A DNA stretch of 64,000 bases from Akkermansiaceae bacterium (GTDB taxonomy: Bacteria; Verrucomicrobiota; Verrucomicrobiia; Verrucomicrobiales; Akkermansiaceae): positions 53 to 64,052 of the forward strand of contig JBNACB010000006.1 in the NCBI GenBank assembly GCA_049632765.1. The letters are read 5' to 3'. Both the position numbers and the translations under genes were made by a program. Below, in pieces: positions 18,256 to 28,567 of this stretch (position 1 is its first letter; every line of letters starts with the position of its first letter). Below the pieces are notes generated by a model that was not told where the DNA came from, did no database searches, and was given only the letters and a program-made list of their open reading frames with translations.

Positions 18256-20340
18256 GCCAGATACCTGGGCTTGTTTCTTGGCCCGTTTCTCAAGCCAGGC
18301 GCAGATGCCACCCATCAGGCAAACCGCGGCCAACAAGCCATAGAAGCCCCATATAACGCCCAGGCCATCAATAAAACCGTAGGAATGGAGACCCGTGCCC
18401 AGGGAGTTCACGTGCCACCAGGAAAAGGCCACGATGTTCGCTCCAAAGACATTGGCGATATGCAAGCCCCACTCGCGCAGATAACCGGCCATGCGGGCGT
18501 GCAAGAGAATGAGGCTCCATAATACGATCATCAGCGCCCCGTTTTCCTTGGGGTCCCAGCCCCAGAATCTACCCCAGGAGTCATTGGCCCAGATACCTCC
18601 GAGCACTGTTCCAATCAGGCTGAAAAACAGAGTAAAGCATATCATTCCGTAGGCGATGCGCGTCATTGCCCGGCGAAAGTTCTTGTCCCCCTCGTCAATG
18701 CCCAGAACCCGGGCAAACAAGTAAATCGCGGACAGCCCCGCCGCAGCCAGCCCCCCCATGTATCCAATGACTATCGTTACAACATGGGTCGATAGCCAGA
18801 AGTTGGATTTTAAAACAGCAACGAGTGGATCCATGTGATCCTTGGCATCTCCAATCTCGTAGCGACGGGCGAGGAACATGCAGGCAAGCCCCATGAAGAC
18901 GGCAAGTCCAAGCGACACAGCACGCTTGGTGAGCACCTCTATAAGCAGCATTACCAGCACACCCGAGGCACCTATGAACAGTATAGTATCATAAAGATTA
19001 CCAATCGGAGAGCGCTGCATGATGATGGATCTGTGGGTGATGCCCGCAATCATTAACACCAATGCGACAAGGGAAAGGGCCCCGGCAATCTTCGTGCATA
19101 TTTTGCCACCACGGCTTTGCGGAGCCAACCAGCTGATCATCACAAACACGAAGGCCACCAGAAAAATGACCAAGGCACGCAGGAAATAATTCCATTGTGC
19201 GTATCCCACCTCTGAACCAAGCCTATCCACCGTGGCTGAATCCAGACGCTCATGCACCGACTGCTTCCACGAGCCGAGCTTAGTGGCAAAAGCCTTTTGC
19301 CCATCATCCCGCAAGGCAAGATTTGCATCCTCAAGACTCTCAATATCCGCAACTAATTCCTCCAGATGGGTGCGATTGCCCGAGAACACTTCCTCGATGC
19401 GTTTACCTATGGGCGACCATTCCTCTGTATCCTCTGCATATGGCGGCAAAATATGGATGTTCTCCGAAGCGCGAAGCATGCGCACCTCAAGATCCTTGAT
19501 CAAACTCATGATACCCGGCGGTAGCTGCTCACCCTTGGGCTGCAGTTCCTGAATCGCCTGACGCAAGATGGGAAATGACTTCACCCAATAGCTCATTCTG
19601 CGCATGCGGTCTTTGTCGATTGCCGGCGTTCCCTCCTCAAGATCGATATTCGCACGCGCAAAGTCCATGTGGTGGATCAGGCGCATGAACAACCACACCT
19701 TCTCTCCGAGGTCCACCGTGTCGCGCTGCTCGCTGGTCATCTTGGACTTCTCGGGCTGGTCTTTGTTCATTTTTTGGACCCGTGCAAGGAGGATGGGTGC
19801 AATGGACTCAAGTTCAGCAAAGCTGTATCGATCCCGGCGGTCTTTACCTTTAACCACTGCCCTGATCGCCTCGTTTTTGGAGGCACTGTCAATACCTGCC
19901 ATGCGCTGTACCTCCTCGGGTAGATCTCCAGTTGCAAGAGAGCTGATAATGTCAGAATTATCCACCCGGAAAACCGGAAGCTGTCGGGCCAACTCGGGGC
20001 GGAACAAGCAATCCAACATGAACTCCTCAGGACCAATTCTGGTCTTCTGGTCATTGACCATGATCTTCATGCTACGAGCTCCATGGAGCTTGAGCATGGT
20101 GAAACCCGACCATGTCGAGAATGGCTTGATACGGCCTCCATCCTGGATGGCAATGTCTCGAGAGGCTTCAACCACCTCATCTTGCCACACCTTGTATGAA
20201 TCGATGTGTACGGGTTGATCTGATGATACATTCACACGGATCGTATAGAGCCCGTAAGAGCCCAGAAACAGGACCACAAGGATGAAGGCGATCCAGCGTC
20301 CTCTCTTGGAGCGTTGCTTGCTGATATTTTCCTCGCTCAT
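18247..20340 (-). CDS. ccsA: System II cytochrome c biogenesis protein CcsA with large periplasmic N-terminal domain
   Basis: WWD motif GGIWANDSWGRFWGWDPKEN, His ligands (WLSTHV, ILLHAR) and LHSYG. It overlaps the ccsB stop by ATGA and the hemW 3' end by 9 bp. Confidence 0.9.
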   Translation of the reverse strand: MSEENISKQRSKRGRWIAFILVVLFLGSYGLYTIRVNVSSDQPVHIDSYKVWQDEVVEASRDIAIQDGGRIKPFSTWSGFTMLKLHGARSMKIMVNDQKTRIGPEEFMLDCLFRPELARQLPVFRVDNSDIISSLATGDLPEEVQRMAGIDSASKNEAIRAVVKGKDRRDRYSFAELESIAPILLARVQKMNKDQPEKSKMTSEQRDTVDLGEKVWLFMRLIHHMDFARANIDLEEGTPAIDKDRMRRMSYWVKSFPILRQAIQELQPKGEQLPPGIMSLIKDLEVRMLRASENIHILPPYAEDTEEWSPIGKRIEEVFSGNRTHLEELVADIESLEDANLALRDDGQKAFATKLGSWKQSVHERLDSATVDRLGSEVGYAQWNYFLRALVIFLVAFVFVMISWLAPQSRGGKICTKIAGALSLVALVLMIAGITHRSIIMQRSPIGNLYDTILFIGASGVLVMLLIEVLTKRAVSLGLAVFMGLACMFLARRYEIGDAKDHMDPLVAVLKSNFWLSTHVVTIVIGYMGGLAAAGLSAIYLFARVLGIDEGDKNFRRAMTRIAYGMICFTLFFSLIGTVLGGIWANDSWGRFWGWDPKENGALMIVLWSLILLHARMAGYLREWGLHIANVFGANIVAFSWWHVNSLGTGLHSYGFIDGLGVIWGFYGLLAAVCLMGGICAWLEKRAKKQAQVSGLK

Positions 20341-21572
20341 GCCTGTGTTGCAGCCTCGGCAGGCTGGTTTTTCTTACGTTTGGTAGATGATGCAATGAAA
20401 CCGCCAAGCTTCATGCCAAAATGTATGGTAAGCCCAAGAATGGAAATATAGAGGCTATACTTGGGCCATTGGTCAGATGGGTTTTTTACGATGGCGAATC
20501 CTGACATGGCCCGGTCTCCCCTGTCCTCCCAGCGCGCCTGATAGAGAGTGTAACCACCGTAGCGCATTGGTTCGTTCATTCGGATACGAAAAGCCTGCTC
20601 CGAGCCACCGGCCATGCGAGTGATATCACTCTGAAAGGTGCTGGGTTTTTTAGTCCCTGGATAATATTCGCCCACTGACTTATCCAGACGCACCTGGAAG
20701 GGCATGGGCCAGATTTCCCGCCTCAACCGCAACTCGTAAATTTTACCTCCAATGGTCGCAGTGCAGGCATTGGGATCCCCACCATGTAAAATAAGCCGCG
20801 TTTTGACCTCTTCTTCATTTCCAGTCAGGACCTCAACCAGACAGCCGGCAAGATTCAACTCCTCCTGAGGATTGGTCTCAAGCCACTGCAGAGCCCAGCC
20901 GTCCACTTGGGTGATGTCCTTGCCAGCGTCCTCATCGTCCACAGTGACACGAGCGGAGTTCCGCATCCAGTCTGACACCCTGAGGGACAGTTGAAGATCC
21001 GGAATATCAAAGACTCGCGCTTCGTTCACGGCCAGACTCTTGAGTTGCTTGGCTGGAATAACGTAGGGTTCGGTTTTCTCTCCATCGAGTAGCTCGGCCA
21101 CCTCGATCGTGTATTCCGTGTAGCTTTGCGCAAAGTCAGAAACCTCCCCCTCGTAAACAGCCATGATTCCCTCCTTGGAATAGTGGTGCGACACAAAGCC
21201 TGCCACGAGGAGACTGACCATGCTGAAATGGGCAATGACCACACCGATGTTTCTCCAACCTTTGCGGATACGAATGATCCCACCAAGAAAGAGATTCACA
21301 AACAGAACCGCACTGACGAGATATGCTCCAGGCAAAGGTATAAACAGTGGCTTGCCGTTGATTTTTGGAATCCAGTCCAGATCTGGAACCACATACCATG
21401 CTTCAGCATCGTAATAGCGCTTCTGCACCTCGTAGAGGCCCTTTGCAGGCTGCTCCAAGGTACTGAGCCAAGTCAGGATCAAAAGCAGGAGCAGACATAC
21501 AACGGCAAGACCGTATCCTGAAAAGAAACGAAATAGCCGAACTGCAGGGGAAGATGGTCTTTGCTTGGTCAC
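20337..21572 (-). CDS. System II cytochrome c biogenesis protein ResB/CcsB-like
   Basis: N-terminal TM helices, IAHFS, periplasmic domain ending MNEPMRYGGYTLYQA and a C-terminal TM with IHF. Translationally coupled to ccsA; GTG start. Confidence 0.85.
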   Translation of the reverse strand: MTKQRPSSPAVRLFRFFSGYGLAVVCLLLLLILTWLSTLEQPAKGLYEVQKRYYDAEAWYVVPDLDWIPKINGKPLFIPLPGAYLVSAVLFVNLFLGGIIRIRKGWRNIGVVIAHFSMVSLLVAGFVSHHYSKEGIMAVYEGEVSDFAQSYTEYTIEVAELLDGEKTEPYVIPAKQLKSLAVNEARVFDIPDLQLSLRVSDWMRNSARVTVDDEDAGKDITQVDGWALQWLETNPQEELNLAGCLVEVLTGNEEEVKTRLILHGGDPNACTATIGGKIYELRLRREIWPMPFQVRLDKSVGEYYPGTKKPSTFQSDITRMAGGSEQAFRIRMNEPMRYGGYTLYQARWEDRGDRAMSGFAIVKNPSDQWPKYSLYISILGLTIHFGMKLGGFIASSTKRKKNQPAEAATQA

Positions 21573-21599
21573 ATTGATGATTCTAGAACCGAGCTGGTT

Positions 21600-22154
21600 T
21601 TACTCGGATTTGTTTCCCTTGATACGAAGGTTCTCACAGAATTGTATCAGCCTTTCCTGCTCAGCAAGCACACCCTGTGCATCACCCGTCATTTTCACGG
21701 TAAGCAATTGTTCACCTGCTCCCACGATGACACCGGCCAAACCGGCGTTTTGCCGGGCTGGGCGACCCATCCCCCCCTTGAAATCACCACTGGTCGTAAT
21801 GAGAACCCCCTGCTGACCCAGTATGCTGACCTTGGGAAGATCATCCAAAGTCTCAAGAGCTGGCTTGCCATACTGATCGAGCCAGCGGTTCACGTTAGGC
21901 AGAACACCACCGCGACTACGGCCCACAAAAACCTCCCCATCCTTGCCAAAGCGATAATTGAGAATCCTGAACTGCGTTGCCGGAAGGCGGCGCCACTCTG
22001 AGGGCATTACCGCCAGCAACGAGTCAAGTTCGTCATCGGCAATGGTCAGTCTGCGCTGCTCGGTCACAAGCACTTTCTCTTCCTTGCGACAGGATGCCAG
22101 TGGAAACACTACCAGTAGCCCAAGGCAGAGCAGCCCATGAAAGTTTGCTCTCAT
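21600..22154 (-). CDS. Hypothetical lipoprotein, first gene of the ccs operon
   Basis: Lipobox LASC, motif GGVLPNVNRWLDQ, 27 bp upstream of ccsB on the same strand. Confidence 0.75.
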   Translation of the reverse strand: MRANFHGLLCLGLLVVFPLASCRKEEKVLVTEQRRLTIADDELDSLLAVMPSEWRRLPATQFRILNYRFGKDGEVFVGRSRGGVLPNVNRWLDQYGKPALETLDDLPKVSILGQQGVLITTSGDFKGGMGRPARQNAGLAGVIVGAGEQLLTVKMTGDAQGVLAEQERLIQFCENLRIKGNKSE

Positions 22155-22258
22155 GGTGTCGCTTTACCCTCGCTTTCATAAGCGCGCAAGTGGAATCACG
22201 CTCTAAATTCCACGACTTATGGACTGGAATATCAGCAAAAACCTGTCAAACCAGCGGC

Positions 22259-23290
22259 ATGACCTCGCGTGAACGCTTTCTAGCATCCATCCGCCGTGAA
22301 CCCACTGACCGCACACCGGTCTGGATCATGCGCCAGGCTGGTCGCTACCTACCTGAGTATCGTGCCTTGAAGGAAAAATATTCTTTCACGGAAATGGTCA
22401 AATCCCCGGAGCTGGCGACAGAGGTTACCCTGCAGCCGCTGAAGCGCTTTCCGCTCGATGCGGCGATTATTTTCTCAGACATCCTGATTATTCCAGAAGC
22501 CCTCGGCCAGCCCTACCATTTTAAAGATGGAGGTGGCATTGCCATGGACTATTTGCTCGACTCCGTGGAAAAAATCAACGCGCTGGATCATTCCGGCATC
22601 GAGGAAAAACTCGCCTACCTACCTGCGGCCCTGCGCATGACCCGCAGTGCAATCGGCGAGGATAAGACCTTGCTTGGCTTTGGTGGCTCCCCATGGACCC
22701 TTGCCGCCTACATGACGGAGGGCGGCTCACTTAAGGACCTTGCTGCGCTCAAGACGCTCTACTACTCAGAGCCTGCCACTTTTGAACTCCTCATGGAGAA
22801 AGTCACATCAGCGGTGATTGATCTGTTCAAGATGGAAATCGAGGCTGGAGCTGATGCTCTTCAGATCTTTGACTCTGCGGGTGCCTTCTGCCCCGCCGCC
22901 CATTACGAAGACATGTCCCTGAAGTGGATCAGGCGCATTATCGACGCACTACCTGATGATTATCCCATCATTGTTTTTGCCAAGGGCATGGCCCACCAGC
23001 GCGATGCCCTCGTCGGAACCGGCGCCAGTGTGCTCAGCATTGACTGGACAGTTGACCTACCAAGCTATTACGACACCCTGCCCGACCATGTCGCCGTCCA
23101 GGGCAACCTCGACCCGCTTATCCTCTCCTCTACACCGGAAATCGTGCGGCAGGAAACCACCCGCCTGCTGGAATCCATGCGTGGCCGTCACGGCCACATT
23201 CTCAATCTGGGCCACGGAATCCTGCCCTCGGCCAAACCGGAGAACATGGGGGTCCTCTGCGAGACCATAGCTGCCTGCGCCGGGCAATAG
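22259..23290 (+). CDS. hemE: Uroporphyrinogen decarboxylase
   Basis: PVWIMRQAGRYLPEY, DAAIIFSDIL, GFGGSPWTLAAY, VQGNLDP and LNLGHGI. Start placed at ATG 22259. Confidence 0.95.
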   Translation: MTSRERFLASIRREPTDRTPVWIMRQAGRYLPEYRALKEKYSFTEMVKSPELATEVTLQPLKRFPLDAAIIFSDILIIPEALGQPYHFKDGGGIAMDYLLDSVEKINALDHSGIEEKLAYLPAALRMTRSAIGEDKTLLGFGGSPWTLAAYMTEGGSLKDLAALKTLYYSEPATFELLMEKVTSAVIDLFKMEIEAGADALQIFDSAGAFCPAAHYEDMSLKWIRRIIDALPDDYPIIVFAKGMAHQRDALVGTGASVLSIDWTVDLPSYYDTLPDHVAVQGNLDPLILSSTPEIVRQETTRLLESMRGRHGHILNLGHGILPSAKPENMGVLCETIAACAGQ

Positions 23291-23344
23291 CGTGGGCGGG
23301 TGATCCTTGCAAAAAGCTGCAGGTTTCGATAGTCTTATGGTGCG

Positions 23345-23983
23345 ATGTCCGGATCATCTGAGCTATCAGCCAAAAAAAATCACCGCCACCGCTGCCGCAT
23401 TGTACTCACAGGAGGGCCCGGCGGCGGCAAGACCACGGCGGCCGATCTCTTCCGTCGTGAAATCGGTGAGGAAGTGGTCATCGTACCAGAAGCCGCCACC
23501 ATGATGTTCACGGGTGGATTTCCACGCTTTGAAAATATTGACGCCCTGCAAGCCGCCCAACGTGCCATCTACCACGTTCAGCGCAATCTGGAGGACATTC
23601 ACTCTGCCCAATACCCCCAGCGCATTCTGCTCTGTGACCGTGGCACCATAGACGGGGCGGCTTACTGGCCCGGGGAGGAGAACCTCTTCTTTGAAAACCT
23701 GGGTAGTAGCCTCGATCAGGAGCTCTCACGCTACGATGGCGTTATCTTCTTTGAGAGTGCCGCCGTGGGAGGGCTCGACATTGAAGGCGGCAACCCCGCC
23801 CGCTGTGAATCCATTGAGGAAGCTGCCCAACTCGACAAGAAGCTCTTTGATCTCTGGTCCCGGCACCCCAACTTTGTCACCGTGCACCACAACAAAAGCT
23901 TCTTTCAGAAGATCTCCATTGGTCTGGCCATGCTCGAGGAGATGGTGACCAATTTGCAAAAGCAAGGCAGCACCCCTTTCTAG
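23345..23983 (+). CDS. NadR/Ttd14-like P-loop NTPase (AAA_28-type)
   Basis: VLTGGPGGGKTT Walker A, VPEAAT, LCDRG.IDG.AY and YDGVIF. Confidence 0.8.
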   Translation: MSGSSELSAKKNHRHRCRIVLTGGPGGGKTTAADLFRREIGEEVVIVPEAATMMFTGGFPRFENIDALQAAQRAIYHVQRNLEDIHSAQYPQRILLCDRGTIDGAAYWPGEENLFFENLGSSLDQELSRYDGVIFFESAAVGGLDIEGGNPARCESIEEAAQLDKKLFDLWSRHPNFVTVHHNKSFFQKISIGLAMLEEMVTNLQKQGSTPF

Positions 23984-24016
23984 GGCATGCCATGAGACCA
24001 GGGAGCCACCTGACCC

Positions 24017-25156
24017 TTAGGCCAGGTGTTTGGGAAAATCATGCACCCGCTCGCAGGCCACCTGCTCCATGACTTGCTGTAGCTGCCGCTTGAGCATAGT
24101 CAGGGTGTGGTCACCCCCGTTTTTACCGAGTGCACCGACTCCATACATAGGGGTGCGGCCCATGAAGGTGAAGGCGGCACCGGTGGCAAGCGCGGCAGCA
24201 ACATCAGGACCCGTGCGGATACCTGAATCCATCATGATCGTAATCTGGTCCTTGAACTCCGCGACGAGCTGAGCCAGAGGCACAATGGTAGATTGGCCGG
24301 TATCGAGCTGGCGACCGCCATGGTTGGATACAATGATACCATCAATGCCATTGCGCACGGCCTTCTCGCAGTCCTCGGGATTAACGATGCCCTTGATGAC
24401 AAGCTTGCCCTGCCACTTGTCGCGGATGGCCTTGATCCTGTCCTCAGTGAGTCTTCCAGAGAAAGTCTTGTTCATAAACATCCCCAGATGCTTCATGTTG
24501 AGACCCTTGGGAATATACTCCTTCATGGTTTTAAATTCAGGAGCTCCGGCGAAGAGCTGGCTAAAGGACCAGGTCGGGTGCGTGCACATCTGGAACACAT
24601 TGCGCAAGGTCATGCGTGGTGGAATGGACAGACCGTTTTTAATTTCCTTGGGCCGGTAAGCGAAAGTGGGCGTGTCAGCCAACAGAACCAGAACCTCGTT
24701 ACCAGCTGCCGCAGCACGGTCGAGCAGTTTGTCACGCAACTCATCCTCCGCCGGATGATATAGCTGGAACCATGCGTCACCCTCGGTGATCTCAGCGATC
24801 TTTTCAATACTGGCCGTACCCACCGTACTAAGGATGAAGGGAATGTTGTGCGCCTTGGCGGCAGCCGCGAGAATCTCGCAGGAATTTGGCCACATCAGAC
24901 CCTGAAGGCCGACAGGTGCGATCCCAAAAGGTGCATCGTAAGTTTTGCCAAATAGCTCTGTTTCCTGACTCGCCCCCTTGTAATCCCTGAGGTAGTAGGG
25001 CTTGAGCTGCACTTCGCGAATATCACTGGTATTGCGGCGAAGGTTGACCTCAGAGAAGCAACCTCCATCCAAATAATCGTAAGCAAAACCCGGCATGCGC
25101 CTTCTGGCCTTGGCCATCAGAGCCTCCACAGAGGGATAGTTTGAATTAAATGACAT
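24017..25156 (-). CDS. lldD: FMN-dependent alpha-hydroxy acid (L-lactate) dehydrogenase
   Basis: YDYLDGG, PFGIAP.G, WFQLY, LVIKGI, VSNHGGRQLD and DSGIR.G.D motifs. Confidence 0.85.
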   Translation of the reverse strand: MSFNSNYPSVEALMAKARRRMPGFAYDYLDGGCFSEVNLRRNTSDIREVQLKPYYLRDYKGASQETELFGKTYDAPFGIAPVGLQGLMWPNSCEILAAAAKAHNIPFILSTVGTASIEKIAEITEGDAWFQLYHPAEDELRDKLLDRAAAAGNEVLVLLADTPTFAYRPKEIKNGLSIPPRMTLRNVFQMCTHPTWSFSQLFAGAPEFKTMKEYIPKGLNMKHLGMFMNKTFSGRLTEDRIKAIRDKWQGKLVIKGIVNPEDCEKAVRNGIDGIIVSNHGGRQLDTGQSTIVPLAQLVAEFKDQITIMMDSGIRTGPDVAAALATGAAFTFMGRTPMYGVGALGKNGGDHTLTMLKRQLQQVMEQVACERVHDFPKHLA

Positions 25157-25213
25157 GTTGATAGTGGTTAGGTTTATCGCGGGCTTGATGATATGTGCAC
25201 TCTGGCCTTGAGC

Positions 25214-26998
25214 CTATCCATAGAGCGGGCCGTAATTTTCGCAAGCCCGGAAATCGGCACCCTCCAGTCCATCTGTGCCATGCGCGTTCCATGAGGATGG
25301 GCGGAAGATGCGATCCTCACTGACATTGTGCATATAAACCGGGATTCGCAGCATGGATGCCAAGGTGATGAGATCAGCACCAATGAGACCGTAGCTCATG
25401 ACACAGTGATTGGCTCCCCAGTTGTTCATGACCGTGTAGGTGTCGCGGAAGGCTCCCTTGCCAGTGATGGTTGGGCAGAACCATGTTGTTGGCCATGTCG
25501 GGTTGGTGCGTTCATCGAGAATGTTGTGGACGTCCTCGGGCAGTTCTACAGTAACGCCTTCAGCAATTTGCAGAGCAGGCCCCAGACCTTTGACAAGATT
25601 GAGGCGTGCGATCGTTGCCGGCATGCCCCCCTTGGTCTTGTATCGGGTGCTGAGTCCCCCTCCGGGGAAATATTCAGTGATGGATGGATGCCAGGTTGTG
25701 GCGTCCAGACAGGCCTGCATCTCTTCGTCGGTGATTTCCCAGTGAGGCTTCATGGCGGGTTTGCCGTCTATGCTCATCTGGCCAGTGCCATCAAGAGCAG
25801 CAGGTCCAGAGTTGATCAGATGCAGCAAACCGTCTGCGGCAGCACCTGTGAGCTCGTGGCCGGAAACACGCTTGACCGCATCGGGTGACCAGTAAGTGCG
25901 CAAGTCTGCAAATATCTGGGCAGTGTTGGTCAGCAAGTTGCCGAAGAGCATGGTAACGGCATTGAGAGCATCGTTCTCGGTGGCAAACTGATAGGGAGCG
26001 CGCTTGCCGTTCCAATCAAAAGAAGTCGTAAGGATGGCCTCCATGAAGTCGCCATTGGGATAGTGATCAGTCCACTGGCGCTGCCCCTGGAAACCGCCGC
26101 ATATCGCATTGCGGCCAAGTGCCTCTTCTCCATAACCCATGTCAGCAAGCTTGTCGTTGCCCACCATCAGGTCACGGGCGATAAGTGCCATCTTCACAGA
26201 TGTCTCCCACTCCTGATCAATGTGCTCACGAGAGCGCTGCGTCTCGGGTGAATTGTAGTCTTTGCCTTCCGGGCAGTGTTGCTTCACCCAGGCGAGGGCT
26301 TTTTCATACTCCTCGTGATCGTAGATACCCCGGTCAATCCTGCGTGCCACCTCCGTCATGTCGACAGCCTCCACCCTGATGCCAAGATACCCTTGGAAGA
26401 AGTCGGGATCCACCACCGAACCGGCAATACCCATTGAGGTTCCACCAAGTGACAGGTAGGACTTGCCACGCATCAGGGCAACCGAGATACCGGCCCGACA
26501 GAAGGCAAGAATCTTGTGTGCCACATCATCAGGAATGCTTGTGTCCGTTGATTCCATGACATCACGGCCATAGATTCCGAAAGCGGGAAGCCCTTTCTGA
26601 GTGTGCCCAGCAAGAGCTGCCGCCAGATATACCGCTCCAGGACGCTCCGTGCCATTGAAACCCCATACCGCTTTGGGCGTGTGGGGATCCATATCCATAG
26701 TCTCAGAGCCATAGCACCAGCAGGGAGTCACCGTCAGCGACACTCCCACATTTTCCTTTCTGAACTTGTCCGCACAGGCAGCTGCCTCAGCCACACCACC
26801 AATACAAGTATCCGCGATCACACACTGCACAGGAGAGCCATCAGGATAGCAGAGGTTTTCCGAGATATAGGCAGCCGTGGCCTTGGCCTGGTTCATCGTT
26901 TGGTCCTCCAAGGACTCTCGGACACCGCCAAGACGGCCATCGATGGTTGGACGTATGCCGATTTTCGGCATGTTGTCTTTATTGAATACGGTTTTCAT
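25214..26998 (-). CDS. fucI: L-fucose isomerase
   Basis: [67 protein letters not shown] and WGANH. Confidence 0.97.
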   Translation of the reverse strand: MKTVFNKDNMPKIGIRPTIDGRLGGVRESLEDQTMNQAKATAAYISENLCYPDGSPVQCVIADTCIGGVAEAAACADKFRKENVGVSLTVTPCWCYGSETMDMDPHTPKAVWGFNGTERPGAVYLAAALAGHTQKGLPAFGIYGRDVMESTDTSIPDDVAHKILAFCRAGISVALMRGKSYLSLGGTSMGIAGSVVDPDFFQGYLGIRVEAVDMTEVARRIDRGIYDHEEYEKALAWVKQHCPEGKDYNSPETQRSREHIDQEWETSVKMALIARDLMVGNDKLADMGYGEEALGRNAICGGFQGQRQWTDHYPNGDFMEAILTTSFDWNGKRAPYQFATENDALNAVTMLFGNLLTNTAQIFADLRTYWSPDAVKRVSGHELTGAAADGLLHLINSGPAALDGTGQMSIDGKPAMKPHWEITDEEMQACLDATTWHPSITEYFPGGGLSTRYKTKGGMPATIARLNLVKGLGPALQIAEGVTVELPEDVHNILDERTNPTWPTTWFCPTITGKGAFRDTYTVMNNWGANHCVMSYGLIGADLITLASMLRIPVYMHNVSEDRIFRPSSWNAHGTDGLEGADFRACENYGPLYG

Positions 26999-27049
26999 AA
27001 AAGTCGTTATAGTGAACGGGTGTTAGTTTTTGGGGCTGTTGGTTATCAA

Positions 27050-28522
27050 TCAGGCCTCGATGAGCTTGAGAAACTTCTGGTATGGTTCTTCCCAGTCCGC
27101 GGAGGACTCGGGAGTGTAGGTGAACGTGTCCATGGAAGCTTCCACTAATGCGCGCCCCGCAGTAATATCCTCTAAATCACCAGTCGCAACCATTTGTGTA
27201 ATAATATTTCCACAGGACGTTGCCTCGACAGGACCGGCGACCACCGGAATACCGAGCGCATCCGCCGTTGCCTGAGCCAAGAGCTCATTTTGTATGCCTC
27301 CACCACCTGCATGCAGTTTATCGAAGGTTCTGCCCGTTCCCCTCTCAAGGAATTCGATGACCTGTCGGTATTTGAGGGCCAGACTCTCCGTCGCGACGCG
27401 CAACAACTGACCCTTGCTCTTGGGCACGACCTGTCCGGTTCTCTCACAGAAATCCATGATTTTCTGCGGCATGTCACCCGGAGTTGCAAAAACACCATCA
27501 TTGGGATCGATGTAAGCCGTGTGCGGCTGAGCCTCCTCCGCCAGACGCGCCAGCTCGGCATAACTCATCTCCTCGCCATGCTCCGCCCAATAGCGGCGGC
27601 ATTCCTGGATGATCCAGAGACCAGAGACGTTGTGCAACAGGCGCGTCGTTTTGTTAACGCCTCCCTCGTTGGAAAGCCCAGCCTCAAGAGCTTCAGCAGA
27701 GACAACCGGCTTTTCTGACTCCACTCCGAGAATGGACCATGTACCTGATGAAAGCCACAATCCCCCCCGCTCCATGGGTAGGCCGGCTACAGCCGAGGCG
27801 GTATCGTGACCAGCGGAGGCCACCACCTTGACGTCATGAGAAATTCCTGCCTTTTCAGCCACTGCGTCTGTTAAAGGCCCCAACACAGTTCCAGAGGACA
27901 CAATGTTACCAAACATCTTGCGTGGCAGGCCGAGGGCATCAATCACATTCCATGCCCAGTCACGCTCCATCGGATTGTAGAGCTGGCTCGTGCTGGTCAC
28001 TGATCTCTCGTTGGCCTGTACCCCACTCAACCAATAAGCCAGAAGATCGGGAGTAAAGAGCAGGCGGTTGGCGATGTCAAAACAAGGGTTTCCCTTCACC
28101 GACTCGGCGAGCAAATGCAGGCTGGTATTGTAGAATGCAGGCTGCACACCAGTGCTGGCAAAAACATCCTCCATCGGGATGCGGGCATCCATTTCCTCCT
28201 GCATCCCCTCAATGCGGGGGTCACGATACTGTCGGTGACCACCGAGCAAGTTGCCCTGCTTGTCGAGCAATGCGCAATCACAACCCCAGGTATCGGTGCC
28301 TACGGATACGATCGCATCACCATATTTCTCGGCCGCTTTGTGCAGACCTTCCTGAATCGACTCGAACAACCCAATGGTATTCCAATAACAACCGCCATTG
28401 ATCTCGACACCATCGTTGGAAAATCGATGAACCTCCTCCAATTGGAGGGTGCTGCCATCATAAACACCGGCCACAAGGCGGCCAGATCCTGCACCGAGGT
28501 CAATTGCGATGTAAACTTGCAT
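27050..28522 (-). CDS. Rhamnulokinase-family FGGY kinase (probable L-fuculokinase here)
   Basis: IAIDLGAGSGR, GTDTWG.D, YRD.R, GHDTASAV, SSGTWS, SNEGG, GLWIIQECR and GPVEAT. It is co-oriented with fucI. Confidence 0.9.
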   Translation of the reverse strand: MQVYIAIDLGAGSGRLVAGVYDGSTLQLEEVHRFSNDGVEINGGCYWNTIGLFESIQEGLHKAAEKYGDAIVSVGTDTWGCDCALLDKQGNLLGGHRQYRDPRIEGMQEEMDARIPMEDVFASTGVQPAFYNTSLHLLAESVKGNPCFDIANRLLFTPDLLAYWLSGVQANERSVTSTSQLYNPMERDWAWNVIDALGLPRKMFGNIVSSGTVLGPLTDAVAEKAGISHDVKVVASAGHDTASAVAGLPMERGGLWLSSGTWSILGVESEKPVVSAEALEAGLSNEGGVNKTTRLLHNVSGLWIIQECRRYWAEHGEEMSYAELARLAEEAQPHTAYIDPNDGVFATPGDMPQKIMDFCERTGQVVPKSKGQLLRVATESLALKYRQVIEFLERGTGRTFDKLHAGGGGIQNELLAQATADALGIPVVAGPVEATSCGNIITQMVATGDLEDITAGRALVEASMDTFTYTPESSADWEEPYQKFLKLIEA

Positions 28523-28524
28523 GA

Positions 28525-28554
28525 TTTTGTTTTTACTGTGTTTTTTTTGTTTTT
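28525..28554. promoter_or_regulatory. Candidate DeoR operator: exact TTTTGTTTTT direct repeat 20 bp apart
   Basis: Copies at 28525-28534 and 28545-28554, upstream of the kinase; the same motif occurs in the deoR/pduL spacer. Confidence 0.55.
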
Positions 28555-28567
28555 CTTGGAATTAAAG

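Noticed and set aside
23345-23983. P-loop protein as a PduV/EutP BMC-positioning GTPase
   Set aside because: Motifs fit the NadR/Ttd14 kinase type (GPGGGKTT, DRG) and lack the PduV G-box pattern; it is co-oriented with hemE, not the BMC operon.
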